From: Candidatus Heimdallarchaeota archaeon
Lineage (GTDB): Archaea > Asgardarchaeota > Heimdallarchaeia > JABLTI01
Direction of reading: 5' to 3'
Assembly (NCBI GenBank): GCA_019056785.1
Contig: DXJV01000084.1
Coordinates: forward strand, 1,489 to 65,488
Length of the DNA stretch: 64,000 nucleotides
This document shows, piece after piece, positions 53,979-62,747 of this stretch. Position 1 is the first letter of the stretch. Each line of letters starts with the position of its first letter. The position numbers and the translations under genes were made by a program. The notes under the pieces were generated by a model. That model made no database searches and had not been told where the DNA came from. It worked only from the letters and a program-made list of their open reading frames with translations.

Positions 53979-55778
53979 ATGGCTGAAAAGAAGGTAACTG
54001 AAAAGTCATCTGCTTCCTTGAATGGAGAGTCGGATTTAGAAGGCAAGATGATAATAGATTCGACAGGCGCTACGGTGGGGAAGTGTAAGGCTGTTGAAAT
54101 TGACGAAAAGGGGCAAATCGGGCTGGTTTTTGAAGTTGAGATTAATGGCAAAACAGTTGTCCCGGTAAAAACAATTCCCTATAGTGCTATTGGAAAAATC
54201 ACAGACGTTATCGAATTACGAACACCCCTAAATATCAAAATTGCTCATTCCGCTGCGGAATTGAAAGGTGAAACAACAATTAAGGCAGACAAGAAAGAAC
54301 AGTCTAAACCGAAGGAAGAGATAGTCATTAAAAGTGCCACAGAAGAAGTAGAGAAAGAAAAGATAAAAGAACTGGAAATTAAAGACTCGAGTGAAGATCA
54401 CCCATTAGAAGTATCGGTCAATGAAACAGAAACAAAAGTAGAAACGCCACAAGCTGACCCAACAGAACAATTGTCAAAAGCATTAGAAGGGCTCCATGAG
54501 ACAGAGGAAGAAACCGAGGAAACAAAGGAACTAGAAGTAACCACACAACCAAAGGAGGAAGAGAAAGGCGAAAAATTCACCTTACCATTGGTAAACCAGC
54601 TGATGGAAGGATTAGAAGAATCAATTAAAAAATTGGACAAACTTTTCAACTTGCTATCAAATGGCACACCAGAAGAGAAAATCGAGACGATAAAAGCACT
54701 AACAAGTTTAGCAGAACTATCTCCAGAATTGGGGCTAAGCTTATTACCAAAAATGATGCAGCTTAGTGATGAACAGCACCAAGAAGTTCGGTTAGCAGTC
54801 GCACAAGAATTGCAAGTGTTGGCTGAAAAACAGCCACAATTATTTAGTGGTTATTTTCTCGAGATATTTGAAAACATCTATGATGAACCCATCGAAGCTA
54901 TTCGAGAACATCTAATCAAGATTTTATATAATATTGCAATGAAAAAGCCAGAAATTGCATCTGAAGGACTAGAGCAATTTTTTGAAGAAGTAATGGTCGG
55001 AAAAAGAGTCCCAGAAGTCCCAGCAAAAGTCATTCATGACGCCACCTTAAAAGTGGTCTCCGGAAACTTCCAACTGGCACGAATCGCCATTAAGGTCAGG
55101 TTAAAATTCATTGCTAAAGGAGGGAAACTTGCAAGCCGGTGTGCAGAAGAACTCGAAGATTATAACGCCACGCTTATTGGACTTGCAATTATTGAATCGT
55201 TCACTTTTGAAGAAGCTGAAAAACTCGTAAATAGTTCTATATTTAAAAAACTCGGACCGATTTTCGTTGAAGTAATTCAGAAGATGATCAGTGCCTACAA
55301 AGAAGGGTCATTAAAACAGTTAATTGAAGTTGTGGATACAAAAATTGAAATCCCAACAACAGTTATAGAACGCTTCTATGAGATAAAGATCAATAAAGCA
55401 CTGGAAGGGATTAAGAATATCCCAATCGACATTTTATTAAATAATAAAATTATTACATCTGAAGAAGCTGAACAAATAATTTACCGCTTAATAGTGCAGA
55501 AGAAAATCAATGCAGCCATTACCATGAACAATGGAAAAACATTCATCACTTCTTTAGATGAGGTAATAAATGGAACTAAGAAAGAACAGCAAAAAAGTAC
55601 GGCGACAAAAGAGAAGGCAAAAAGCACCAAGAAAACAACGACACGAAAAAGTACAACTAAAAAAACGTCACCTTCAACCAGTAAAACAAAGACCCAAAAA
55701 AGCACAACTGAGAAAAAAACAACAGAAACAAAAAAACAAAAAGAACAAGAAAGTAAAAGAACAAAAACATCTGAATAG
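53979..55778 (+). CDS. PRC-barrel domain protein with an acidic linker, HEAT/PCI-like helical repeats, a winged-helix-like segment and a Lys/Thr-rich basic tail
   Basis: PRC-barrel pattern LEGKMIIDSTGATVGKCKAVEIDEKGQIGLVFEVEINGKTVVPVKTIPYSAIGKITDVIEL. Helical repeats (EEKIETIKALTSLAELSPELGLSLLPKMMQL..EVRLAVAQEL). Winged-helix-like ITSEEAEQIIYRLIVQKKINAAITMNNGKTFITS. The tail runs 55572..55778. Confidence 0.6.
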   Translation: MAEKKVTEKSSASLNGESDLEGKMIIDSTGATVGKCKAVEIDEKGQIGLVFEVEINGKTVVPVKTIPYSAIGKITDVIELRTPLNIKIAHSAAELKGETTIKADKKEQSKPKEEIVIKSATEEVEKEKIKELEIKDSSEDHPLEVSVNETETKVETPQADPTEQLSKALEGLHETEEETEETKELEVTTQPKEEEKGEKFTLPLVNQLMEGLEESIKKLDKLFNLLSNGTPEEKIETIKALTSLAELSPELGLSLLPKMMQLSDEQHQEVRLAVAQELQVLAEKQPQLFSGYFLEIFENIYDEPIEAIREHLIKILYNIAMKKPEIASEGLEQFFEEVMVGKRVPEVPAKVIHDATLKVVSGNFQLARIAIKVRLKFIAKGGKLASRCAEELEDYNATLIGLAIIESFTFEEAEKLVNSSIFKKLGPIFVEVIQKMISAYKEGSLKQLIEVVDTKIEIPTTVIERFYEIKINKALEGIKNIPIDILLNNKIITSEEAEQIIYRLIVQKKINAAITMNNGKTFITSLDEVINGTKKEQQKSTATKEKAKSTKKTTTRKSTTKKTSPSTSKTKTQKSTTEKKTTETKKQKEQESKRTKTSE

Positions 55779-55894
55779 TGCACGACCCTCTAACAAAAAA
55801 CACAAGCATACTTTTAAAAATCATTTCTAGCGAAAAACACTTAAATACAAAAGAAATGTCTTGAAACCCATTCTAAAAATTGGAGAAAACAGAA

Positions 55895-56056
55895 ATGCCC
55901 ATTGCTGACCCTGAGAAACGAGAAATTGCTCGAAGAAAACTACTTGATGTCCAAATTTGTAGAAAATGTTATGCACGAAATGCCTTACGAGCAAAGAAAT
56001 GTAGAAAATGTGGTTCCACGAGATTACGCTTAAAGAATCGTGAAAGTAAAGGATGA
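55895..56056 (+). CDS. rpl40e: ribosomal protein eL40 (L40e), 53 aa, no ubiquitin moiety (below the ORF-track cutoff)
   Basis: Translates to MPIADPEKREIARRKLLDVQICRKCYARNALRAKKCRKCGSTRLRLKNRESKG. Confidence 0.85.
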   Translation: MPIADPEKREIARRKLLDVQICRKCYARNALRAKKCRKCGSTRLRLKNRESKG

Positions 56057-56172
56057 ATTTATTACATAGCATCCAAATTGCTTTTCAATCCTTTTCTCGC
56101 TTTTTATTCTTCTTTTCACGAGAAATTATTTCATAAACAACCTTTAATCAATGAGAGATACTAAAAAGACTT

Positions 56173-56279
56173 TGGTGGGCGGAGCCGGATTCGAACCGGC
56201 GATTTGCGGTTGCTGAATACTTTTCAAGCAAGATCCGCGACGTGAACGCAGCATCATAACCAGGCTAGATCATCCGCCC
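56173..56279 (-). tRNA. tRNA-Val (anticodon CAC) with a 29-nt non-canonical intron in the variable region (predicted 56204..56232) and an encoded CCA
   Basis: Hand-folded: acceptor GGGCGGA/TCCGCCC; D arm ATCT-AGCCTGGTTA-TGAT; anticodon arm CTGCG-TTCACGT-CGCGG; T arm GCCGG-TTCGAAT-CCGGC; A73; CCA. 34 nt lie between the anticodon stem and the T stem where about 5 are expected. Confidence 0.75.
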
Positions 56280-56305
56280 AGCAACAAGAAAATGTTTTTG
56301 TGCAA

Positions 56306-56315
56306 CTTTTAAGAA
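56306..56315 (-). promoter_or_regulatory. TATA-like element (TTCTTAAAAG) about 27-36 nt upstream of tRNA-Val
   Basis: The position relative to the mature 5' end fits archaeal TATA spacing. The background is AT-rich, so specificity is low. Confidence 0.3.
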
Positions 56316-56388
56316 TATTTTCATTAATGTACTAAATGACTGAAAAATGCAACTGGTTTGTTTTCTAGTGACCGCCTTTTAACCAAGG

Positions 56389-58071
56389 TTATGATAATTC
56401 GTCAGATTTATCTTCCTTCTTTACAACAAAATCCGGTTGACTTACTTTTGAGCTCTCAACTGTGCCATCATCAAGGATAGTCCACCCAGCGGATGTTTTG
56501 AGACTTTTGACAGATTCGAGGAATTGTCCTACAAGTTTGGCATATTTTTCTTGTTCTGCTGTTTGATGATAGATAATTGTAATGTCTTCTTTTAGGTTGG
56601 TTCTAGTACTTCGAATGCGTCCCATTGCTTGCTCTCGTGCTTCAATTGAAAGCGTAGTGCCAAAATGAATACAGCGGTCAGCCTCAGGTAAATCTGTCCC
56701 TTTTCTAATAAGGCGCTCGCTGGCTAACAAAACTTTCACTTCCCCACTCTTAAAGCGTTTTAATTGCATGTTCTGAGATTCACCACTCATTCTCCCATGA
56801 ACGAAAATATTTGGAATGCCTTCTCGTTCTAACAGGCGGGAAAGATGTTTGGTCATCTCAACAAACCGTAAAAAGACAATTACTGAGCTGTTCTCCTCAT
56901 TCACAAGCCTTTTCACTATTTGAATCAACCGCAAATCTTTTGGTGAGATTTTGCTTTCTTTGCCTTCTCGTGAAGCCATTTCGACAAGTTCTCGGATTTC
57001 TTGCCATTCAGGAGAATTTAATAGTAGAGAATTTTTAACCTCACGAACGAAATTAGCAAACTTAGCAAAAGTATGCTCAAAAAGGAATTGCCGAGCAACG
57101 ATAAGGTCAAGATATGCGCCAGCATTTATTATAAGGTTTTTGAAAAATGCTTCACTCCCCCTTTCGAAATTCGTGTCTTGATAGGAGCGATTCATCACTT
57201 CGTTGGCAAAAAGGAGAGTTCTATTTGGAGCCAGCTGTTGTCCACCTGAAATTCTTCGATAGCCATTCATCAATACCTTTTCAGTTTGGGAGCGTAGACC
57301 CATTAATAACTCATCCATTTCTTTCCGCATGTCATCAAAGACATAATAGCGTTTCAATTTAATAGCCGGTGCATGATCTTGAAAATCTTCGCCCTTAGGA
57401 TAAATAAATTCCACATTGTCCGACCCCCCGAACATTCGCTCTATGAAAGATAATTTTCCTTTTTGAAGGATAGAGGCAGTTAATCCTAAAAATTTAATCT
57501 CATTCTTAGCAAGTAAACGATCGATCAAAGGAGCAAAACGCTTATCCATGCGAAAGCCACCACCTTTTACTGTTTGAGCTGTGACATCCAAAATCTCATC
57601 TATAACAACAAATACAACTTTATTTAGATCCTCAGGCTGAACACGACGTTGTGACGGTGTACGAGCAAAAAGAGAATTCATTAAAAGAGCAGGGGTGGCA
57701 AAAATAAAGCGAGAAAGTGCAAAATGCTTTTGGATGATCGAAGGTGGCAAACTTGTCCCTTCTGGGAGGAGAAAAGAACTACCATAGGGGGAGAAGTCAG
57801 ATTGACAGACATCATGAAGTTGATGCTTTAATTTCCGGTCCGGCGAAAGGAAGAGAACTTTTCCTTCTTCAGAGAGCAACCCCTTCTTGAAAAGTTCTAC
57901 CACAACCATTAAAGCGACATTTGTTTTCCCCATCCCTGTAGGGAGCAAAAGAACAGATGCGCGTTTATTTTTTTCAAACAAACTTTGCAGGATCTTCTCT
58001 GCAGCATTAATCTGGTATTTTCTGGGGGAAAAAGACAGTTCCTCGATGCATTCCAAAGTCAAGCTAAACAC
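56389..58071 (-). CDS. SF2 helicase, Hef/FANCM/RIG-I-like (helicase domains only, no nuclease domain)
   Basis: Motif I LPTGMGKTN, motif II VVIDEILD, motif III GLTAS, motifs V/VI LIRKGTDLPE and QAMGRIRS. Confidence 0.8.
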   Translation of the reverse strand: MFSLTLECIEELSFSPRKYQINAAEKILQSLFEKNKRASVLLLPTGMGKTNVALMVVVELFKKGLLSEEGKVLFLSPDRKLKHQLHDVCQSDFSPYGSSFLLPEGTSLPPSIIQKHFALSRFIFATPALLMNSLFARTPSQRRVQPEDLNKVVFVVIDEILDVTAQTVKGGGFRMDKRFAPLIDRLLAKNEIKFLGLTASILQKGKLSFIERMFGGSDNVEFIYPKGEDFQDHAPAIKLKRYYVFDDMRKEMDELLMGLRSQTEKVLMNGYRRISGGQQLAPNRTLLFANEVMNRSYQDTNFERGSEAFFKNLIINAGAYLDLIVARQFLFEHTFAKFANFVREVKNSLLLNSPEWQEIRELVEMASREGKESKISPKDLRLIQIVKRLVNEENSSVIVFLRFVEMTKHLSRLLEREGIPNIFVHGRMSGESQNMQLKRFKSGEVKVLLASERLIRKGTDLPEADRCIHFGTTLSIEAREQAMGRIRSTRTNLKEDITIIYHQTAEQEKYAKLVGQFLESVKSLKTSAGWTILDDGTVESSKVSQPDFVVKKEDKSDELS

Positions 58072-58246
58072 ACTCTTTTGCTTTTGTATTTTTTTAAATC
58101 ATAATAGAAGTATAAAAGACTTGAGGTGATAATAATTTAGAAGCAAAAAGGCTTTCAAAAATGAAAAATTATTGACAAGTCTGAAAAATGAACCGCTAGA
58201 ACTGTTTTTTTACTATAGTAATTAGAACAGAACAAGAAAACAAAGG

Positions 58247-58333
58247 TGGTGCCGGGGACGGGATTTGAACCCGCGAGTGCATACACACAACGGATTAGCA
58301 ATCCGTCTCCCTGCCAGGCTAGGACACCCCGGC
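58247..58333 (-). tRNA. tRNA-Ser (anticodon GCU), class II with a long variable arm and an encoded CCA
   Basis: Acceptor GCCGGGG/CCCCGGC; D arm TCCT-AGCCTGGCA-GGGA; anticodon arm ACGGA-TTGCTAA-TCCGT; 15-nt variable arm TGTGTGTATGCACTC; T arm GCGGG-TTCAAAT-CCCGT. Confidence 0.85.
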
Positions 58334-58359
58334 AAATAGCAAGTAAATTACAACTTGAG

Positions 58360-58368
58360 CTTTAATAA
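58360..58368 (-). promoter_or_regulatory. TATA-like element (TTATTAAAG) about 27-35 nt upstream of tRNA-Ser
   Basis: Spacing fits an archaeal promoter, but specificity is low in AT-rich DNA. Confidence 0.3.
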
Positions 58369-58472
58369 CACTTTAAAAAAATTTGTGGTTGAGTTGTGAT
58401 TAGTGAAATTAGCACAAAGAACTCTTCGCTAAAAGAAAACATCTATTTACTAATTGGCTTTAGATAGTAAAT

Positions 58473-59174
58473 ATGAATGACTGGACTAAGCGCATTCCTG
58501 AAAAATATAAAGACCATTTACTGAAGGTACGAGAACAGCAGCTACAAATAGCCAAGAAACTTGAATTGCAAAAAGGGATTTCTTTAGAAGAAGTACAGCT
58601 TGTAGCAGGATTTGATACAGCATTCGATGATGAAAATAACATTGCTTGTAGCGCTGCTGTAACAGTAGATATTGAAACATTAGAAACTGTTGAAAAACAA
58701 TTCACTTATTTTAAACCAAAAATACCATATGTCCCAACGTTTCTTTATGAGCGAGAAGGGCCAGGCTATAAGAAACTCTTTCAACAAATCAAGGAAGAGC
58801 CAGATGTTTTGCTTTTTGATGGGAATGGTATTTTACATCCTTTTGGTTGTGGGTTAGCAAGCCAAATAGGTTATGAGTTAAAAAAGCCAACTATTGGCGT
58901 AGCAAAAAAATTACTGCTAGGTACTTTTGAAGGCCCTTTGAAAGAAGGAGGTTATTCGGAAATTATACATCACGAGCAAGTTCTTGGCGTAGCCTTTCAA
59001 TCGCTTCCATCACCAGCCAAACCAATTTTTATTTCCCAAGGAAACTACATTAACCTTAAAACGGCTGTAAATGTTGTTCGTTTTTTTACGCAAACACAAC
59101 AATTTCAGAAGAAACTTCCTTTACCTTTATTTTTAGCACATTTATTTGCAAAAGAGAAATTAGGCAAAGAATAG
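58473..59174 (+). CDS. nfi: endonuclease V
   Basis: VAGFDTAF, LFDGNGILHPFGCGLASQIG and IGVAKKLL. Confidence 0.85.
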   Translation: MNDWTKRIPEKYKDHLLKVREQQLQIAKKLELQKGISLEEVQLVAGFDTAFDDENNIACSAAVTVDIETLETVEKQFTYFKPKIPYVPTFLYEREGPGYKKLFQQIKEEPDVLLFDGNGILHPFGCGLASQIGYELKKPTIGVAKKLLLGTFEGPLKEGGYSEIIHHEQVLGVAFQSLPSPAKPIFISQGNYINLKTAVNVVRFFTQTQQFQKKLPLPLFLAHLFAKEKLGKE

Positions 59175-59261
59175 AAAAGCGTTGTTTGCTCGAAGCAAGC
59201 TTTTGTCAAGAAAATCTTTCTCCTAGAAAATAGTGGAAATTTCTCAAACCAAAATTTAATA

Positions 59262-62200
59262 TTGGTAATCGAGGAGAATATCTCAGAGTTAGCGAATACT
59301 AAGAGGAGCACGAATGTGGCAAAAAGAGAACCCTTTTTTGCACGCTTAGGGAAATTTGTAGCAAAACAATACAAGAAAATACTCCTTGTTTGGCTGGTAA
59401 TTGTTAGTGGAGCGATCTATCCTGCCATTCGACTAAACGATGTTTTAAATTATAATGAGATGGATTTTCTCCCAAAAGACCTCGAGTTTCACGAAGGAAA
59501 AGCTATCTTTGACGAATATTTCCCTTCAAATGCAACGGGGAATACGATAATCGTTATGCAAGCGATTAGTGGTTTAATCACTTCCGAAGAAAACTTAGAG
59601 TACATCAAAAGTTTAACTGAAAGAATTTACCAAGAATTTAATGAAAGCATTTACACCGTTCAAAGTATTTTAACAGTCTTCGATAAATACAACAACTCAT
59701 ATTGGGAGAAAGTCAACGAAGTATTAAACGCGTATCATAACTTGCTAGCAAAAAACATCTCCGTATTAAATCAAGAAATGTACCGAAAATTTGATGAAAA
59801 AATCAACGCAACAGAACAAATCGCAAATCTTTTCACTAAATATTGGTTCAACTTCTCTCGAACAGTCTACTATGGAAAGTATAATACAACCCTCTTCTCA
59901 ACAGGACCAAATGCTACCATTTATCAAATTATTAATGATTTTACAAACTTTACAGAAGGATTTGCTATTACCCCCAATTATATTGATGAAGTTTTTTCAA
60001 TTGTAAATGAAACACTACCGGGAATTGAAACAGTAAATGACACTCTCGTCCATGAGATTGCTCTTCGAGAAACAAATTCGACCCTATTCAACCTCTTAAA
60101 TTATACAGAAGGGATCACACCAGAGGAATATATGCAAATCCATTACCCACTTTTAGAGTATTATGCTTCAACATGGACGGATGTTTTTACGGAATTACTT
60201 ACTACAAATGGAACAATAATTGTAGATGGAGGAACTATTACAAATAATCTCTATGAGAATAGCAATTACTCGAGTGCCTTCACAAGTCAAGCAAATGTTT
60301 GGAGACGATTAACACTAGTAAACAAGTCGGTTTTTACAAGCCTTAATTTAGACCCCTTTGTCTTGAATGAAACATTAGCTCTCCTCGATTTAACAGCTAT
60401 TTATGAAAAGGCAGCTGAATTTCTAGGGGTGCCCGAGTTAGAAATAGAAGAAGCATTTCAACCATTCATTCCCACAATAATTGAGAGTGTTTTTAACATG
60501 GGCAGAAATCCAACAAATGAAACAGTTCGAGCTGTAACTGATTTTATCGTTGAAATTGTCCTCTCAATTGTAACAGCAATTTTACCGCCACCAATGTCCA
60601 TTGATGATTTACCCTCTTTACTTACACAATGGTTTGTTAGCCCAGACGAACGGGTTACCTTTGTGTTAATTAACTATAATTCATTCAACAAAACAAGTGA
60701 AGAAATTGATGAAGTGATTAATAGAGTAGATGCTGCTATTGGAAAACTGGCCCATGATCTGGCGACAGAATTACAGCTTACACAAACAGCCATTTATCAT
60801 ACGGGCGACGACTTTGTTATGGAAACATGGGTTGAGCAAGCTGAACATGATGCTCGGCGTATTGATATTTTTACCATTGTTTTTGTATTAATTATTTTAA
60901 TTATTATTTTCGCCAGCTTTCTTGCATCGATAATACCATTAATTGCAATTGGTTCTTCTATAGCAATTTCGATGGCGATTTTATGGTTCATCTCTTTTGG
61001 CTTGGAAATTCATTTTTTGGCAAGCCTCTTTCTTACAGTTACTTCTTTGGGAGCAGGTGTAGATTATTGCATCTTCATTTTCTCACGATATGAAGAAGAG
61101 CGAAAGAATGGAAAACAAAAAGAAGAAGCCATAGAAATTGCTATCAAATATGCCGGAGAATCAGTGTTTCATTCAGGTTTAACAGTAATGATTGGTTTTG
61201 GTGCATTGATAATCCCTGATTTTCCTTTATTGCGTATTTTAGGGATAGCGATGTGTATTGGAATTTCCATTTCAATTCTTTCGGCACTTCTTATTGTACC
61301 CTCAATTATCCTGCTTTTTGGGGAATATCTTTGGTGGCCAAAGTTTCTTCAAAAAGCATTAAGACCAAAGAGATGGTTTGAAAAAAAACAACCCAAAAAG
61401 TCGAATGATGAGCAGAATGAGCTACCGGAGGGGGCACCGCGAATAATTAGAAAGAAGAAGCAAGAAACAGCAACAACAACGGCAAAAGAAAAATGGCTCA
61501 TTCGTTTTGGACGCAAAGTAACCAAAAATGGTTTAACAATAACGATTTTTGCAATTATTCTTACAACACCGTTTCTCTATTTTGCTTTTACAATGAATAC
61601 AAGTACAGATATGTTAGGGATGCTTCCTAAAGATTTCGAGGGAACAATAGGGAGAGATATTTTATCAGAAAGGCTGGCAATTGGCGACCCAACACCAGTT
61701 CAAGTGATTTTTCATAACCTCAAAGACAATCCTTTAAACACAAGTGTCCTTGCTGACACAGGTTTCTTGTGTTTCGAAATTACACTCCGGAGTAATCTTG
61801 ATGATAAGACAGCAGGTGTTAGATTAATTAAAACAACCGCTCAACCCTTAGGATTATTAATTCCATATCAAGATCCCTATTATTTGGAATTATATGCTGA
61901 TTTCATAGAGCCTTATGTTAGTAAGAAAAGCAACACATTTTATCTCGAGATTTTTCTTGATAAAAACCCCTATGATGATCTTTCAGAAAGATTTGTCCAA
62001 GAACTACCAGAATTAATTCAGCAAATTATCAATGAGAAACATCTGGATACGTTGCAGGGTGCTGAAATCTATTTTCTCGGGCTTGCGCGGGGATTGTATG
62101 AAATCAAGAAAGTAACGGATGATGCCTTCCCCATTGTGCTACCGATTGTGATTTTTGGTGTTTATATTGTTCTTTTTATTCTTTTTGGTTCTTATTTTAC

Positions 62201-62732
62201 TCCGATTCGTCTAATAATAACTATTAGTTTGAGTATTGGTTTTACGCTTGGGGTAATGGTGCTACTCTTCTCATTTGGTTTTCAAGTTCCGATCTTTTGG
62301 CTGTTACCATTAATGTTATTCTCGATTTTGATGGGCTTAGGTTTGGACTATGACATTTTCCTCGTTACGCGAATCAAAGAATATTATGACAAAGGATTGA
62401 GCAATAGAGAAGCCATAATTCAGGCATTAGACCATACAGCAGTAATTATTACCTCTTGTGGTATCTTAATGGCAACAGCTTATGCAACCTTAATGTTATC
62501 AAAATTATGGCATCTTCGAGAGCTGGGATTTGCTTTTGCATTGGCAATTATTTTAGACACCACAGTTATAAGATTAATTCTAGTGCCGGCCATAATGATG
62601 TTGATGGAAAAACTCAACTGGGTTGGCCCAAAGAGGTTGATGCGCGCACGTCACCACGATGCAGAATTTCTGCAAAAAGTGAAAGAAAAGTCTTCACTAA
62701 AACCTGAGGAGAAAAAAGAGAAGGAAAAATGA
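59262..62732 (+). CDS. MMPL/RND-superfamily membrane protein (two 6-TM bundles, two large sequon-rich extracytoplasmic domains)
   Basis: Duplicated motif GAGVDYCIFIFSRYEEE / GLGLDYDIFLVTRIKE. There are many N-x-S/T sequons in the loop domains. TTG start. Confidence 0.8.
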   Translation: MVIEENISELANTKRSTNVAKREPFFARLGKFVAKQYKKILLVWLVIVSGAIYPAIRLNDVLNYNEMDFLPKDLEFHEGKAIFDEYFPSNATGNTIIVMQAISGLITSEENLEYIKSLTERIYQEFNESIYTVQSILTVFDKYNNSYWEKVNEVLNAYHNLLAKNISVLNQEMYRKFDEKINATEQIANLFTKYWFNFSRTVYYGKYNTTLFSTGPNATIYQIINDFTNFTEGFAITPNYIDEVFSIVNETLPGIETVNDTLVHEIALRETNSTLFNLLNYTEGITPEEYMQIHYPLLEYYASTWTDVFTELLTTNGTIIVDGGTITNNLYENSNYSSAFTSQANVWRRLTLVNKSVFTSLNLDPFVLNETLALLDLTAIYEKAAEFLGVPELEIEEAFQPFIPTIIESVFNMGRNPTNETVRAVTDFIVEIVLSIVTAILPPPMSIDDLPSLLTQWFVSPDERVTFVLINYNSFNKTSEEIDEVINRVDAAIGKLAHDLATELQLTQTAIYHTGDDFVMETWVEQAEHDARRIDIFTIVFVLIILIIIFASFLASIIPLIAIGSSIAISMAILWFISFGLEIHFLASLFLTVTSLGAGVDYCIFIFSRYEEERKNGKQKEEAIEIAIKYAGESVFHSGLTVMIGFGALIIPDFPLLRILGIAMCIGISISILSALLIVPSIILLFGEYLWWPKFLQKALRPKRWFEKKQPKKSNDEQNELPEGAPRIIRKKKQETATTTAKEKWLIRFGRKVTKNGLTITIFAIILTTPFLYFAFTMNTSTDMLGMLPKDFEGTIGRDILSERLAIGDPTPVQVIFHNLKDNPLNTSVLADTGFLCFEITLRSNLDDKTAGVRLIKTTAQPLGLLIPYQDPYYLELYADFIEPYVSKKSNTFYLEIFLDKNPYDDLSERFVQELPELIQQIINEKHLDTLQGAEIYFLGLARGLYEIKKVTDDAFPIVLPIVIFGVYIVLFILFGSYFTPIRLIITISLSIGFTLGVMVLLFSFGFQVPIFWLLPLMLFSILMGLGLDYDIFLVTRIKEYYDKGLSNREAIIQALDHTAVIITSCGILMATAYATLMLSKLWHLRELGFAFALAIILDTTVIRLILVPAIMMLMEKLNWVGPKRLMRARHHDAEFLQKVKEKSSLKPEEKKEKEK

Positions 62733-62747
62733 TTGCCTTTATGTGAA

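Noticed and set aside
53979-55778. Calling the PRC-barrel protein a CdvA orthologue
   Set aside because: Only the N-terminal PRC barrel is shared. The rest (HEAT/PCI-like repeats, winged helix, K/T tail) does not match the CdvA coiled coil and ESCRT-III-binding tail, and no CdvB or Vps4 genes are adjacent.
56173-56279. Alternative reading of the intron-containing tRNA as tRNA-Lys(CUU), with anticodon stem CGCGG/CCGCA and loop ATCTTGC
   Set aside because: It needs two separate insertions (12 nt after position 26 and 18 nt at 37/38) and a mismatched stem. The Val(CAC) fold needs one 29-nt intron, gives a perfect anticodon arm and has A73. I kept Val, but the alternative should be scored computationally.
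58120-58185. C/D box sRNA candidate between the helicase gene and tRNA-Ser (GTGATAA ... CTGA about 55 nt apart)
   Set aside because: The C box deviates from RUGAUGA, and no D' or C' boxes occur at the required spacing. The similar hits ATGATGA at 24106 and GTGATGA at 12910 lack a D box or overlap a start codon.
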